A DNA stretch of 64,000 bases from the IMG/VR virus record IMGVR_UViG_3300017747_004610. One strand, given 5' to 3'. The DNA comes from an uncultured virus (IMG/VR IMGVR_UViG_3300017747_004610) (lineage: Duplodnaviria > Heunggongvirae > Uroviricota > Caudoviricetes). Below the pieces are notes generated by a model. That model had not been told where the DNA came from, ran no database searches, and saw only the letters and a program-made list of their open reading frames with translations. Shown here one piece after another: positions 28,674 through 38,923 of this stretch. How positions within the stretch are numbered: position 1 is the stretch's first letter; each line of letters opens with the position of its first letter. Position numbers and translations under genes: made by a program.

Positions 28674-29965
28674 ATTAAATCCCAAAATAAATCGAAGTCC
28701 TGAGTTTTGTCTAACGCAATTTCGAGTAGTTTTCTTCTATTCGATTCAAATCTCTCTTTATTTTTTTTATAAAATTCTTTTATTTGTTCTTTATTATTGT
28801 TGATTCTTTTAATTTCATCGATGAACATCAAAAATCTTTTTTTATCATTTAATTCACTGTCGTAGGAATGGTCTATAACATCATCAAAAAAATCAAAATC
28901 GTACTTCTTTTTTAACTGTTTGATATGATTAGGTGTTGCTAAAATCAATGGAATTTGATAATAGAAAAAAGGTCTGAAAGATTTTTCAGTAGTATGTATA
29001 ACACCTGGATAGAAAGTTTGTGACTCATAAGCACTCTCTGAAATTATATTAACATAAGAGTTCTCGTAACTTTCTTTGAGTTCTGGATAGTGAAGTGTCG
29101 ATTGACCTTCTTGATGAAAACCTCTGAATCCATAATTATTGTAATCATAATACCCTTTACCACTTTCATAATCGTCTTCTTTAATAGTTGTGTTGAATGA
29201 TTTAATCAAATCGGCCTTTTGCCATATCTCAGCCTCATCAAATGACAAATAATATGGCATAACATCATCTCCGGGATAGGTGAATAACTTTGAATAGTTA
29301 ATATCTTGAAGAAGATTATTAATCATCAAATGAAATAACAAATTTAATCTATGTGGTTTAGCGGTCTTGTTCCTTGACATGAAGAATTTACCTGTTTTAT
29401 TTTCCACAAAGTTTACATCTTTAACTTCAGTAAGAGCAAATGTTGAGGAATAGTCAATAAAATTGATTTTTTTCGCATTAACCCCGTATTTTTGACCCAA
29501 AAAATCACTCAAGGAATTATTGGTAACATAGTAAAACTGATTTGTTGATATCCCATTTTCTCTCAAAAGTTCTTTGGTACATTTTATCTCTGTGTCACAT
29601 GCCGGCTCATGCTCCATAGTTATTATCAGAATCAAATTTTTATTTTGTCTAATAACTTCTAAAGTAGAATCCAACAAGAAAAAATTCCACTTGTTTTCCA
29701 TAATCAATTTTGATGATAAAAATGCACTTCCCACAATACAAAAAAATTTTTCGTGTGGATTTTTTTTAACATCATCTAAATTACAAACTTTAATGGATAA
29801 CTTACGTTCTGTATAATCTTTTCGATTTGTTGGCTCCATTATATGAGTTTCGAAAAAATTTCTTGAATCAAAAAAAAGAAACTGATTGAAACTACTCATC
29901 CCATTGGCAATGGGTTCGTCACCGTTCCAAGATTCATAAACTAAATTTAATGTTTTCTCTATCAT
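28670..29965 (-). CDS. Putative glycosyltransferase (GT10-like TEK motif family), paralog 3
   Basis: RNKTAKPHR, NIISES, HTTEKSFRPF, DHSYD. Confidence 0.55.
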   Translation of the reverse strand: MIEKTLNLVYESWNGDEPIANGMSSFNQFLFFDSRNFFETHIMEPTNRKDYTERKLSIKVCNLDDVKKNPHEKFFCIVGSAFLSSKLIMENKWNFFLLDSTLEVIRQNKNLILIITMEHEPACDTEIKCTKELLRENGISTNQFYYVTNNSLSDFLGQKYGVNAKKINFIDYSSTFALTEVKDVNFVENKTGKFFMSRNKTAKPHRLNLLFHLMINNLLQDINYSKLFTYPGDDVMPYYLSFDEAEIWQKADLIKSFNTTIKEDDYESGKGYYDYNNYGFRGFHQEGQSTLHYPELKESYENSYVNIISESAYESQTFYPGVIHTTEKSFRPFFYYQIPLILATPNHIKQLKKKYDFDFFDDVIDHSYDSELNDKKRFLMFIDEIKRINNNKEQIKEFYKKNKERFESNRRKLLEIALDKTQDFDLFWDLI

Positions 29966-29981
29966 TTTTTTATTCTATAAC

Positions 29982-31145
29982 TCAATTTAATCGAGTATTA
30001 CCATAATGTATCACTAAGTTTTCTTCAGAGTAATATTTTCTCCATGGGTCAACCACTATCGAACCTTTTGGGAAAGGGTATTCATGAAATTTATTAAAAT
30101 GAGCAAGCAAGTATATAGCGGTTTTGGGATTTTCAATATCAAAATCAACTTGAATTCCTAATTCGTTAATATAGTGAGATACTAAAATTGATGATGATCC
30201 GTCTAAATAATCCACATCAGGTTTGTATGATTTACCTAAAATAATAATTGGTAAATTATATTCTTTGGATAACTCAACCAATCTCATCGCCATATTTTTA
30301 GCCTGAACTTCTCGGGCTTCCATTATTGAATCAAACAAATCGTACCCTAATCCTAATTTTTCAGACATAAATCTCAACGCAATATTGTCTCGTGGATGGC
30401 ATCCTCCACCATCTCCCATACCTGCCTTCATATATGCAGGCCCTAATATCCTTTGTGTACTTCTTTCAAGAGCCCCTGTTACAATATCAACATTCATGTT
30501 ACCATTTTTTTCGGCAACATCTTGGATCATATTCACTAAAGCGACTTTTGTTGATATGAATGTGTTATAAAAAATCTTTATCGCTTCGGCCTCGTCCCAA
30601 GTTCCGACTTCACATCGTGTCGTCTTTGTTACTAATGTATCATAAAAATCAATCAGTAACTTTGCATCTCCTGTTAATGAACCATCTTCAGTTCCAATTA
30701 TAATCATTTCAGGGTTAACCATATCAAACTTAACAGTACCCATCGCAATTAGATATGGGTTATAAATGAATCTGAAATTCTCACAAAGAGGAATAAATTC
30801 ACGTCGAATTGTTCCAGGTAATACTGTGGAGATTAGTACCACAAGTTGGTCTTTGGTAGTGTATTTATTGACCTCCGAAAGTACTTCTTTGACTATTGAA
30901 TAATCAAAATCTTTATTGGGTAAATGAGACGTAGGAAAACGACCATCGTAGTCGGGATGGTGTGGTGTCGGAACCGCAACAAAAATTATATTTCTATTGT
31001 CACATACATTTTGAATACTATCCACCATTGTGAAATTAGATGGTTTGACCTCAATAACATCATAACCTATTACATCATGATGATTTGCCATAACTTCTGC
31101 GGCATCTTTTCCCAGTTTACCTACACCTATAAATCCTATTTTCAT
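29982..31145 (-). CDS. UDP-glucose/GDP-mannose 6-dehydrogenase family
   Basis: GFIGVGKLG, VAVPTP, STVLPG, KIFYN, GGGCHPRD, YKPD. Confidence 0.9.
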   Translation of the reverse strand: MKIGFIGVGKLGKDAAEVMANHHDVIGYDVIEVKPSNFTMVDSIQNVCDNRNIIFVAVPTPHHPDYDGRFPTSHLPNKDFDYSIVKEVLSEVNKYTTKDQLVVLISTVLPGTIRREFIPLCENFRFIYNPYLIAMGTVKFDMVNPEMIIIGTEDGSLTGDAKLLIDFYDTLVTKTTRCEVGTWDEAEAIKIFYNTFISTKVALVNMIQDVAEKNGNMNVDIVTGALERSTQRILGPAYMKAGMGDGGGCHPRDNIALRFMSEKLGLGYDLFDSIMEAREVQAKNMAMRLVELSKEYNLPIIILGKSYKPDVDYLDGSSSILVSHYINELGIQVDFDIENPKTAIYLLAHFNKFHEYPFPKGSIVVDPWRKYYSEENLVIHYGNTRLN

Positions 31146-31969
31146 AAATAACTTTGTTCTCGATTTGTACCAATAAATTGTTGGTACGTTAGAGGTAAAT
31201 TTAGAAAAAAATTGTCGACAAATCCACCAAAAAAACCATCAGCACCACAACGATATGATAATTCTTTTTCATCATTAGTTTTATTTTTTCCTTTCGGAAC
31301 TACATTATTGAGATTTATTCCATCAACTAAAAATTTCGAAGTTTCTTGGTTAATTATATATGTGTGAGCAGTCGCAGTTTGTCCTCTAAACAACTTAAAC
31401 TCTTCCTGATAGTTTTCCTTAAGATGAAATCCTAAATTCAAAAAACTAATTTCATTATTCAAATCATTATTATATAATTCAACTATGTTATCCAATGTTT
31501 TATCTTCAACATATTTATAAAACTTCGCATCATTTTCAAATATCAACGCTCTTTCATAATTGTTTTTTACAATATCCATTGATATCATCACATGAGAAAT
31601 ATGACATCCAAAAATGTAAAATTCATACATATGGGACTCAAATGGTGGACCTCCAAACTGTTCAATAATCCAATTGATAATATTTTGGCAATCGGTAGAA
31701 TGTGTTTCCAAAAGGTCATTAATCATTTTTGGATACAAATAATTTACCAAAGGTAAAAACCCTTGGGAATCGGCTTCTTTGTCAAAAAAATTCATTTGAT
31801 TTTCGGAACCAATAACATAGATTGCCGGCACCAAATTCAACCATTTTTTCTGTCTTCCATTTATAGTTTCGAGTTGGTACTCAGCTTTTTTCAAGACAGA
31901 ATTTTTTATCAAAAAGTCTACAATCGTATTATATGAATCTTTTGTTTCTTCGTTCATATTCAATGACAT
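31142..31969 (-). CDS. GT25 (LgtB/Lic2A-like) glycosyltransferase
   Basis: GCHISH, ALIFENDA, TAHTYII, GAD. Confidence 0.7.
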   Translation of the reverse strand: MSLNMNEETKDSYNTIVDFLIKNSVLKKAEYQLETINGRQKKWLNLVPAIYVIGSENQMNFFDKEADSQGFLPLVNYLYPKMINDLLETHSTDCQNIINWIIEQFGGPPFESHMYEFYIFGCHISHVMISMDIVKNNYERALIFENDAKFYKYVEDKTLDNIVELYNNDLNNEISFLNLGFHLKENYQEEFKLFRGQTATAHTYIINQETSKFLVDGINLNNVVPKGKNKTNDEKELSYRCGADGFFGGFVDNFFLNLPLTYQQFIGTNREQSYL

Positions 31970-33245
31970 CTTTCATAAAAATTTCCCGCACAACATCGAA
32001 AGCGTACGGAGGTTTTTTCGATGCGTTATGTTCAAGAATGTTATAATTGTGTATCAAAACATCCTTCATATCTTTATATATATTAATTTTATTTTTTTCT
32101 TTGTCGAATTGTTTGATACTCTCTATTATACCATCCATCCTTTTCGAGTCAGGTAAAGTATCATATCCCTCATCAATCCACTTGGAAAAAGTTTCATATC
32201 CAAGTTTTTTCATTTCATATAAACTATTTCGGTTTCCCAAAACAATAAATGGATGATGACATGATATCGGTTTGAACATTTTTTCACTTAGGAAAACGGT
32301 TCCTTGGGAATCCTCATATTGAGCTTCACTTACCACTGACAACCAACTATCCAAATGAGGTTGTTCATAGATTCGTCTAATGTAGTATCCAGTGTCTAAC
32401 AATTCATTGGATTTCCCGTACAAGTCACAGGGTAGTAAATCTTGGACTTCAGAAAACACGTTTTGGTCAATTTCAATATCACAAAAATTTCTATAATGTG
32501 GAGAAAACTTGTTCATACTTATTAATCCCTTCTCCAACAAATTGTTTTGATACAACTTAACAAAAAACCAAATTCTATGTTCTCGAGTTTTTTTATTCAA
32601 ATTATTGAATAACTTAATGTTTTCAAGGTTGGACAATTTATATTCCAAATGTTCCTCAAATGTCTTCAATTGTTTATTCTCCCACCCCAAATGTCTAATT
32701 TCCCCAAACACATCACTTTCGAAATGAGAATATGGTATCGGATGCATTTTAATGCTTTGTGGATTAATTTCCAACCAAAGTTTATAACGTTCTTTAACTA
32801 TAGAATTTCCTGTAACGAAAAAAATTTGATTAGGTGATATTCTATAATCAACGCACTCGTTATGAAAAAAATCAAAAATCCAATCATCATGGTAACCTTC
32901 GAAACTTGAATCAATTAACAAATACGCGTTTCCATCACGTAAATCCTTCAAGTATGTTTCATTCAAAAATTCAAAAAGACTTTGAGTTGTCTTATCTGCC
33001 GAGTACTTTCCTCCAGCCCACATTTCAGGATCGTTGTTTACCCCAACAGGAATTATGTATTTATCAGGTTTATTCTTTAATGTGAATTCTTGAAATGTAA
33101 ATTTATGTTCTTCATTTAATCCACGAAGACATACCATACGATTATATAATGGAGCAACTGTAAATCTATCAAATCCAGTTTTATTGGGTACCCAATTCTG
33201 AACAAAGTTTCGACTATTTTCCAAGTCTTCAAACACGAAATTCAT
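31929..33245 (-). CDS. Putative glycosyltransferase (GT10-like TEK motif family), paralog 4
   Basis: LNKKTREHR, SVVSEA, FLSEKMFKPI...HPFIVLG, IDEGYD. Confidence 0.55.
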   Translation of the reverse strand: MNFVFEDLENSRNFVQNWVPNKTGFDRFTVAPLYNRMVCLRGLNEEHKFTFQEFTLKNKPDKYIIPVGVNNDPEMWAGGKYSADKTTQSLFEFLNETYLKDLRDGNAYLLIDSSFEGYHDDWIFDFFHNECVDYRISPNQIFFVTGNSIVKERYKLWLEINPQSIKMHPIPYSHFESDVFGEIRHLGWENKQLKTFEEHLEYKLSNLENIKLFNNLNKKTREHRIWFFVKLYQNNLLEKGLISMNKFSPHYRNFCDIEIDQNVFSEVQDLLPCDLYGKSNELLDTGYYIRRIYEQPHLDSWLSVVSEAQYEDSQGTVFLSEKMFKPISCHHPFIVLGNRNSLYEMKKLGYETFSKWIDEGYDTLPDSKRMDGIIESIKQFDKEKNKINIYKDMKDVLIHNYNILEHNASKKPPYAFDVVREIFMKDVIEYERRNKRFI

Positions 33246-33252
33246 ACATTAA

Positions 33253-35376
33253 TCAATTTTTTTTCCAAATACTTTTTAGAATTTCTTCGATTGGTTTTTT
33301 ATTATTTGACCAACCATGTCCATCATAATCATATTTATTTTTTATTATTTCCACAAATTTTTCTCTATTGAATAAACAAACTTCATACATCTCTTTTCGG
33401 ATTTCTTTCAGTTCATTAATACTTTTCGTTTTGAACTTGTTCAATTCTTTTATAACCATATCAATTTTTTTATGATGGTCAGGTTCAAAATCATAACTTT
33501 CATCTATCCATTTATCGAAAGTTTTATATCCTTGGTCTTTCAAATACGACAAAGTGTTAACATTACCTAAAACTATAAAAGGATGACCCGCCACAATTGG
33601 TTTCCAAATTTTTTCTGACATAAATAGAATCGATGTATCAATTAATGTTTCAGTTACTAATGATATGAAAGTAGACTCGTGGTCAGGTAACTCAATATTT
33701 GCAGCCCAATTTATATCCAAAGTTCTATCGATTTCTATCGGTGTCATTTTAGATAATTCTTCGTATTCATCGTGTGGTTCGAATCTTCCTAAACTAATTT
33801 TACCTATATCAAATAAACCATTTTTTATTAATTCGTTCACTAAATGAATCCTGTGAGGTCTTGGATTTCTATTGTATGATAACAAGAAATACTTTTCATC
33901 TTTGGGATTAAAATCAACAATTTCATTTTTTAACAATCTGTAATCCACCCACGAATCAAATATAGAAACGGGATGGCACTCAAACTTTAATCCCCTTTGT
34001 TTTCTAACCTCGTCAACTAACAAGTTCCCATGTATATAATGAACCCCACTATCAGGTAAATTTGATTCTTTAATCCATCCATCGATAATTTCCAAATCAT
34101 TATTGTAAATGTTCATTCCACTATAACCTTCGAACTGATGAATCATTACAATTTTGGATTTATGATTTCTTACATCATTCAAATATTTTTCTGAAATACA
34201 CTTAAATCCAATATCTTTGTTTTTACGAAAAAAGTTATTGTCATAAACATTTATAAGATATAAATGTTTTTTATTTTCTATATTTATTTTGTCTATATAG
34301 TTTACGTTATCTCCGTAATTCACTAATATATTTTCCCTCAGAACATTGTTATCCCATACTTTATTACCATTTTCAATGTCGAACAAATTCCATACTCCCC
34401 ATGTTTTAGGATAATCAAACCTACCTGTTTCTCGTAAGTACCAAGATTTAGATGACCCATTTGGCCGGTAGTAATCGAAGATACTATCCCAATCTTCCAA
34501 AGAACAACTAATTTTATTGTCCTCCATCAACTCTCTAATCCCATCTTCGAAAGTGATATGATTGAATTGTATATGGGCATGTAAATTCGAAAAATCTACT
34601 CTATAAGAACGACTATCTTCACTATTAATTAATTCGTATTCTAAGTCGGGTTTAACTGTTCTTTTAATTTTTTCAATTAAATCAATTTTATTAATATTCA
34701 ATTCATTCTTACCAATGTTAATGATTGTATCATTATAGTCTCCCTCGATAATACTTTTCAATATCTTAACACAATCCTTAATATGTAAATGTGGGCGTTC
34801 TGCCAAAGGGTCGAATATCTCTATTGGTTTTTCCTCTTTGATGTCTTGAATCAAATTGTTTATTAAAACATCATTTCTATTCAATTTACTTACACCATAT
34901 AATGTAGACAACCTTACAATTTTGAATTTTGGATTGTTTTTTGACAATAAAATGTTTTCACAAGAAATTTTCAATTCAGAATATAAAGATGAAATCTGAG
35001 TATCGGATTTTTCATTAACAATATCAGTCCGTTTCCCATATACACTACAACTACTCGAAAATATTAATCTAACTTTTTCATTTGTTATCAAATCAACCGT
35101 TTTTTTGAACTGAGAAATTGGTTCAATTAATTGTGATCCATCTGTCAATTCCAATAATCTCGGTGATGCTAAATAAACTATTACATCTTGTGAATTTAAT
35201 AACTCTCTATACTTTTCAATATTAGAAACATCATCATGAATGATTGTTACATTTTTATTCAAAAATGTAATATTACTATATAAAAACTTATCATATACTG
35301 TAACATCACAATCGTTCATGCTATTTGATAATGGGATACCTAAATAACCCGCACCCCCTATGATTAAAATTTTCAT
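33253..35376 (-). CDS. NAD-dependent epimerase/dehydratase fused to GT10-like domain (paralog 5)
   Basis: IGGAGYLG, SSSCSVYG, YSELK, RPHLHIKD; C-terminal YNRNPRPHR, SLVTET, FMSEKIWKPI, IDESYD. Confidence 0.75.
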   Translation of the reverse strand: MKILIIGGAGYLGIPLSNSMNDCDVTVYDKFLYSNITFLNKNVTIIHDDVSNIEKYRELLNSQDVIVYLASPRLLELTDGSQLIEPISQFKKTVDLITNEKVRLIFSSSCSVYGKRTDIVNEKSDTQISSLYSELKISCENILLSKNNPKFKIVRLSTLYGVSKLNRNDVLINNLIQDIKEEKPIEIFDPLAERPHLHIKDCVKILKSIIEGDYNDTIINIGKNELNINKIDLIEKIKRTVKPDLEYELINSEDSRSYRVDFSNLHAHIQFNHITFEDGIRELMEDNKISCSLEDWDSIFDYYRPNGSSKSWYLRETGRFDYPKTWGVWNLFDIENGNKVWDNNVLRENILVNYGDNVNYIDKINIENKKHLYLINVYDNNFFRKNKDIGFKCISEKYLNDVRNHKSKIVMIHQFEGYSGMNIYNNDLEIIDGWIKESNLPDSGVHYIHGNLLVDEVRKQRGLKFECHPVSIFDSWVDYRLLKNEIVDFNPKDEKYFLLSYNRNPRPHRIHLVNELIKNGLFDIGKISLGRFEPHDEYEELSKMTPIEIDRTLDINWAANIELPDHESTFISLVTETLIDTSILFMSEKIWKPIVAGHPFIVLGNVNTLSYLKDQGYKTFDKWIDESYDFEPDHHKKIDMVIKELNKFKTKSINELKEIRKEMYEVCLFNREKFVEIIKNKYDYDGHGWSNNKKPIEEILKSIWKKN

Positions 35377-35377
35377 A

Positions 35378-36388
35378 TTAGTCCCTTAATGTTTCAGTCG
35401 TTACACAATGAAAAGATCCACCCAAAGTTCTTGAGTGTCTGATCTTACAATCTAATGTATCTATATTATATTTTTTTAATTCTTTAATTAGTTCTGTTTG
35501 TCTATTGTCTAATATAACCGTGTTTTCGTCAATAGAAAGTAAATTAATACCAACCCAAACAGAAGCTCGTTCGACTTTGTGGTAACCAATATCCACCATT
35601 TCAGGTGACCATATTTTATCCCAAGATTTCAACATCTCAGGCATGTTTTTCTCATTTATCCTTGCAGGATTTAGAAGACATAGACCCTCTCTTAACAAAG
35701 CTATAGTAGAATCCAAATGAGAGTACGAATACATGTTTTCTAACACGTGTACTTTGTATTCTGACCCCAATAAATTTTGAAGCCATTTCGCTCCCAACTT
35801 ATTCCCTGTATTACTCACCAGATACAGGATATCATTATTCGACCGTAAAATATTTGCAGCGTCGAATACAGGCTCTTTTTCAGTTAATGTTAACTTAGAT
35901 AAATCTTTTCTTTGGTATGAATCATCCTTTAACATTGGTTTAGGTGCAGCAACCCATCTCGCCCCTTGTTCCATATACTGTATGAAATCTTCCCTAAAAC
36001 AATATGTTTCGAATTGACGAGACCTCAAAGTCATTGGCGCCTCTATGATTGTATCACCAATTACAGTTACAGTGTCTCTTGGACAAAAGGTATAGTATTG
36101 GTCTGTTTCCCAAAATCCATTACTTATTGTTGAAGTTGTGTCGATTGATTTTGGTCTTTTAACATTTACCCCACATTCGTTTAGGATTTGAGATAAAGAC
36201 TCTAAATCTTCTCGAGTTTCTTCATAAACTTTTTCATCAAAAAAACCTAACTCTTTTGAAGGTATTATATCTTTGTCAGCATAGTTAATAGCATGAAGAT
36301 CAACTCCATGTTTTGGCATATTTGCATTATCTATCGTACCAACGAAAACTTCTCTTAATTTACCCCATTCATTTTTAACTGATACCAT
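35378..36388 (-). CDS. Amidinotransferase (AGAT/StrB1-like)
   Basis: NEWGKLREVFVG, CPRD, FDAAN, TGNKLGAKWL, HLDST, LGGSFHCVT (Asp-His-Cys triad motifs). Confidence 0.92.
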   Translation of the reverse strand: MVSVKNEWGKLREVFVGTIDNANMPKHGVDLHAINYADKDIIPSKELGFFDEKVYEETREDLESLSQILNECGVNVKRPKSIDTTSTISNGFWETDQYYTFCPRDTVTVIGDTIIEAPMTLRSRQFETYCFREDFIQYMEQGARWVAAPKPMLKDDSYQRKDLSKLTLTEKEPVFDAANILRSNNDILYLVSNTGNKLGAKWLQNLLGSEYKVHVLENMYSYSHLDSTIALLREGLCLLNPARINEKNMPEMLKSWDKIWSPEMVDIGYHKVERASVWVGINLLSIDENTVILDNRQTELIKELKKYNIDTLDCKIRHSRTLGGSFHCVTTETLRD

Positions 36389-37205
36389 TTTTAATTTTTT
36401 TTAATATTTTGTCAACCACAATATCTTGAGATAGGTGTCCATTATGTGCACAGTCCCTTCCTTTTTCCTCAAAATCATCTTGAATTTGGTCAATTTTTAT
36501 CTCATTGTGGAATAACTCAGATTTTTTCAAATTAAAATCATCTCCCCATGTCCAATGATAAACAGGAATATTCAATGTATTCCATAAATTATCACAAGTT
36601 AATGTAAATAAATTACTTTGTTTTATCAACTCACCTTCATTCTCAACAAACCCATAATGATACCAATCGAAATATTTTTCGTGATTTTTAGGGTACACTT
36701 CTTTTGGATATGAAATTGAGAACGTTTCTATTTGAACTGTATGAGGATTTCTGTAAAACATATAAGATGTCCTATTATCAAATGTCCATTGATAAATCAC
36801 ATACTTTGGCAACTTTTTCTTTTTCAACACAAAGTTATGAAACAAAATTGTATTGTAGAATGCGACATCGGGTCCTGACCCTCCAACTCCCAAGTTGAAT
36901 ACGTCCAAATTTAATTTTTTTGATAATTTAGTTGGCCAAATGTCATCATAATGTAATCCAATACCTTCAGTGAAAGAACACCCAAAAACTACCATGTATT
37001 CATCACTAAGATCCGAAAATTCTTTTGCACGGTAACCCCAAGAGTTATACTTATACTCTAACTCTTTTTCATAATAATACCACTCCTTTCCAAGTTTTTT
37101 TCTATTTTCATAGAATTTTTCCTCACTGTCCGTTTGAGCAAATTTAGTAACCTGATTAGATTTAGAAGGTATAAATATTATGGGGACTTCTTTACTAAAC
37201 TCCAT
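36375..37205 (-). CDS. SGNH/GDSL-fold protein
   Basis: YNSWGYR, FGCSFTEG, NLGVGG, DCAHNG. Confidence 0.75.
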   Translation of the reverse strand: MEFSKEVPIIFIPSKSNQVTKFAQTDSEEKFYENRKKLGKEWYYYEKELEYKYNSWGYRAKEFSDLSDEYMVVFGCSFTEGIGLHYDDIWPTKLSKKLNLDVFNLGVGGSGPDVAFYNTILFHNFVLKKKKLPKYVIYQWTFDNRTSYMFYRNPHTVQIETFSISYPKEVYPKNHEKYFDWYHYGFVENEGELIKQSNLFTLTCDNLWNTLNIPVYHWTWGDDFNLKKSELFHNEIKIDQIQDDFEEKGRDCAHNGHLSQDIVVDKILKKIKNGIS

Positions 37206-37881
37206 TGAAAATTTTATTTAATCTCAAATCTTTATAAGACATGTGGCTGTGGGAGTCATCATTTACTTCGGATATATTATCCATAAGAATTATTCCTCTT
37301 GCGGCATCTTCGGGAGTCATGTACATATGCCATCCTAACATTTCTATATCATCTTCCATATAGTTTTTTTCTAAATTACGTCCGTCATAACACGCTCTTT
37401 TGAACCATGTGTAAGCATCATAATCATCACATAAAATCATCCCTCCCCTTCCAATAGGCAATCGTTTTTTGATTTGGAATGATAACGCCGCAAATCCTCC
37501 TTCATACATTCCTTTTGTCCACCTACCAGCAAAATCCCATACATCTAATGGTTCTAATTTATAGGTTCCTGACCACTTTTTATCAACAAACTCAAACTCA
37601 TATCCAGCATGTAATATTTGCATCGGCACAGATGCATATGTAAAATATGGTATTTTAACTTTTTGTGGATTGTTAATATACTTTAGTATTAAGAAAATCG
37701 CATTACTACAACAATCAACCGCAACTGCAAACTTAGACCCGCAAAAATCAGAGACTTTTTTTTCAAAAATATCAACAACTTCCGTCGGGTTACCAAAAGA
37801 ATAACCTCTATCCTTGAGTTGATTCAATTCAGGTCTCTGTAATTCGGAAGGTAGTTGACCTAACGGCCATTGTTTATACAT
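37195..37881 (-). CDS. Short DegT/DnrJ/EryC1/StrS-family aminotransferase
   Basis: FEKKV...AVAVDCCSNA, TYASVP, SFQIKKRLPIGRGGMIL, GWHMYMTPEDAARG. Confidence 0.85.
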   Translation of the reverse strand: MYKQWPLGQLPSELQRPELNQLKDRGYSFGNPTEVVDIFEKKVSDFCGSKFAVAVDCCSNAIFLILKYINNPQKVKIPYFTYASVPMQILHAGYEFEFVDKKWSGTYKLEPLDVWDFAGRWTKGMYEGGFAALSFQIKKRLPIGRGGMILCDDYDAYTWFKRACYDGRNLEKNYMEDDIEMLGWHMYMTPEDAARGIILMDNISEVNDDSHSHMSYKDLRLNKIFNGV

Positions 37882-38914
37882 CTTTGAATGCTTTGGTATA
37901 TTTTTTCTTGATTATGTTCCAATCTTCAGTGACGAATGCACTTTCTTTTCTTACGTAATTTTCAGCAAAATTGGACCAAGTGGATGTTGGAACTTTTATC
38001 AAAAACTTACAAAAAGATAAACTGAATAAATCCACTAAATTTGGTACAACATTTCCATATTCGAGTTCACTTTTTTGAATACCTGATGTAACAATATAAT
38101 CGTAAACAATATTCAATATGTTTTTCTTATCAATTAAATTATCTCCATATTTTTCATAAAAATACCCCATGATTTCATCGGGTAAATCAGAACTGATATA
38201 GAATTTTTGATTTGGGTTTAATTTCAAAATGTTGTCCATTATATTGAAATATAATTCGTCTTGATGGAATGAATAGAAATTATCTGTTTGGTATCGAGGA
38301 ATTCTTTTAATCAATTCAAAATTACCTCTTATCTCTTCAGGTAAACTATTCAAGTCATCGTGATTAAATGGAATACCATTACCTCTTCTTATATGAATAC
38401 CTACAGCGTTCCTTACTTCATATTTTATTGATTCCTCAACACTTTTATATCTTAATTTAATTTCCTTAAGTGGCCTATCAATCATTTCTACAGTCTCAAT
38501 TGGATAAAGGTCTTTTAATGCTTTGTACCCAAAATTACTGTAATAATGTCCTCCATTTTTAAGTTTACACCCATCATACCCAAACATTTGCCAAATCATT
38601 TCGAAAGAAATTGGATTCGCAGTGTTTATTTCTTGGTTCACAGTGTCGTATACCGCAATAAACTTTAATTTCTCGACATCATAAGTGTCTCCTTCAATAT
38701 TTCTGAAAAATTTAGTTTTGGGTAAATCAATCAACTTAAATTCAGGCCAATACTTTTCCTCCAATATGATATGATAATCAAAATTGTTGTTCTTATTTAT
38801 TTCATATGCGACTTCCCAATGAAATATTCTATTACAAAGTCCTGTATCTTCGGTATCCTTGTCCCATCCTCCAAAGGGCTCTACCCATCTTAATGTATTT
38901 TTATAGTCTGGCAT
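37874..38914 (-). CDS. Fucosyltransferase-like protein (GT11/GT23 NodZ-like)
   Basis: GLCNR, VGIHIRRG, YISSD, DLFSLSFC, STWS. Confidence 0.75.
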   Translation of the reverse strand: MPDYKNTLRWVEPFGGWDKDTEDTGLCNRIFHWEVAYEINKNNNFDYHIILEEKYWPEFKLIDLPKTKFFRNIEGDTYDVEKLKFIAVYDTVNQEINTANPISFEMIWQMFGYDGCKLKNGGHYYSNFGYKALKDLYPIETVEMIDRPLKEIKLRYKSVEESIKYEVRNAVGIHIRRGNGIPFNHDDLNSLPEEIRGNFELIKRIPRYQTDNFYSFHQDELYFNIMDNILKLNPNQKFYISSDLPDEIMGYFYEKYGDNLIDKKNILNIVYDYIVTSGIQKSELEYGNVVPNLVDLFSLSFCKFLIKVPTSTWSNFAENYVRKESAFVTEDWNIIKKKYTKAFKDV

Positions 38915-38923
38915 ATTACAATT

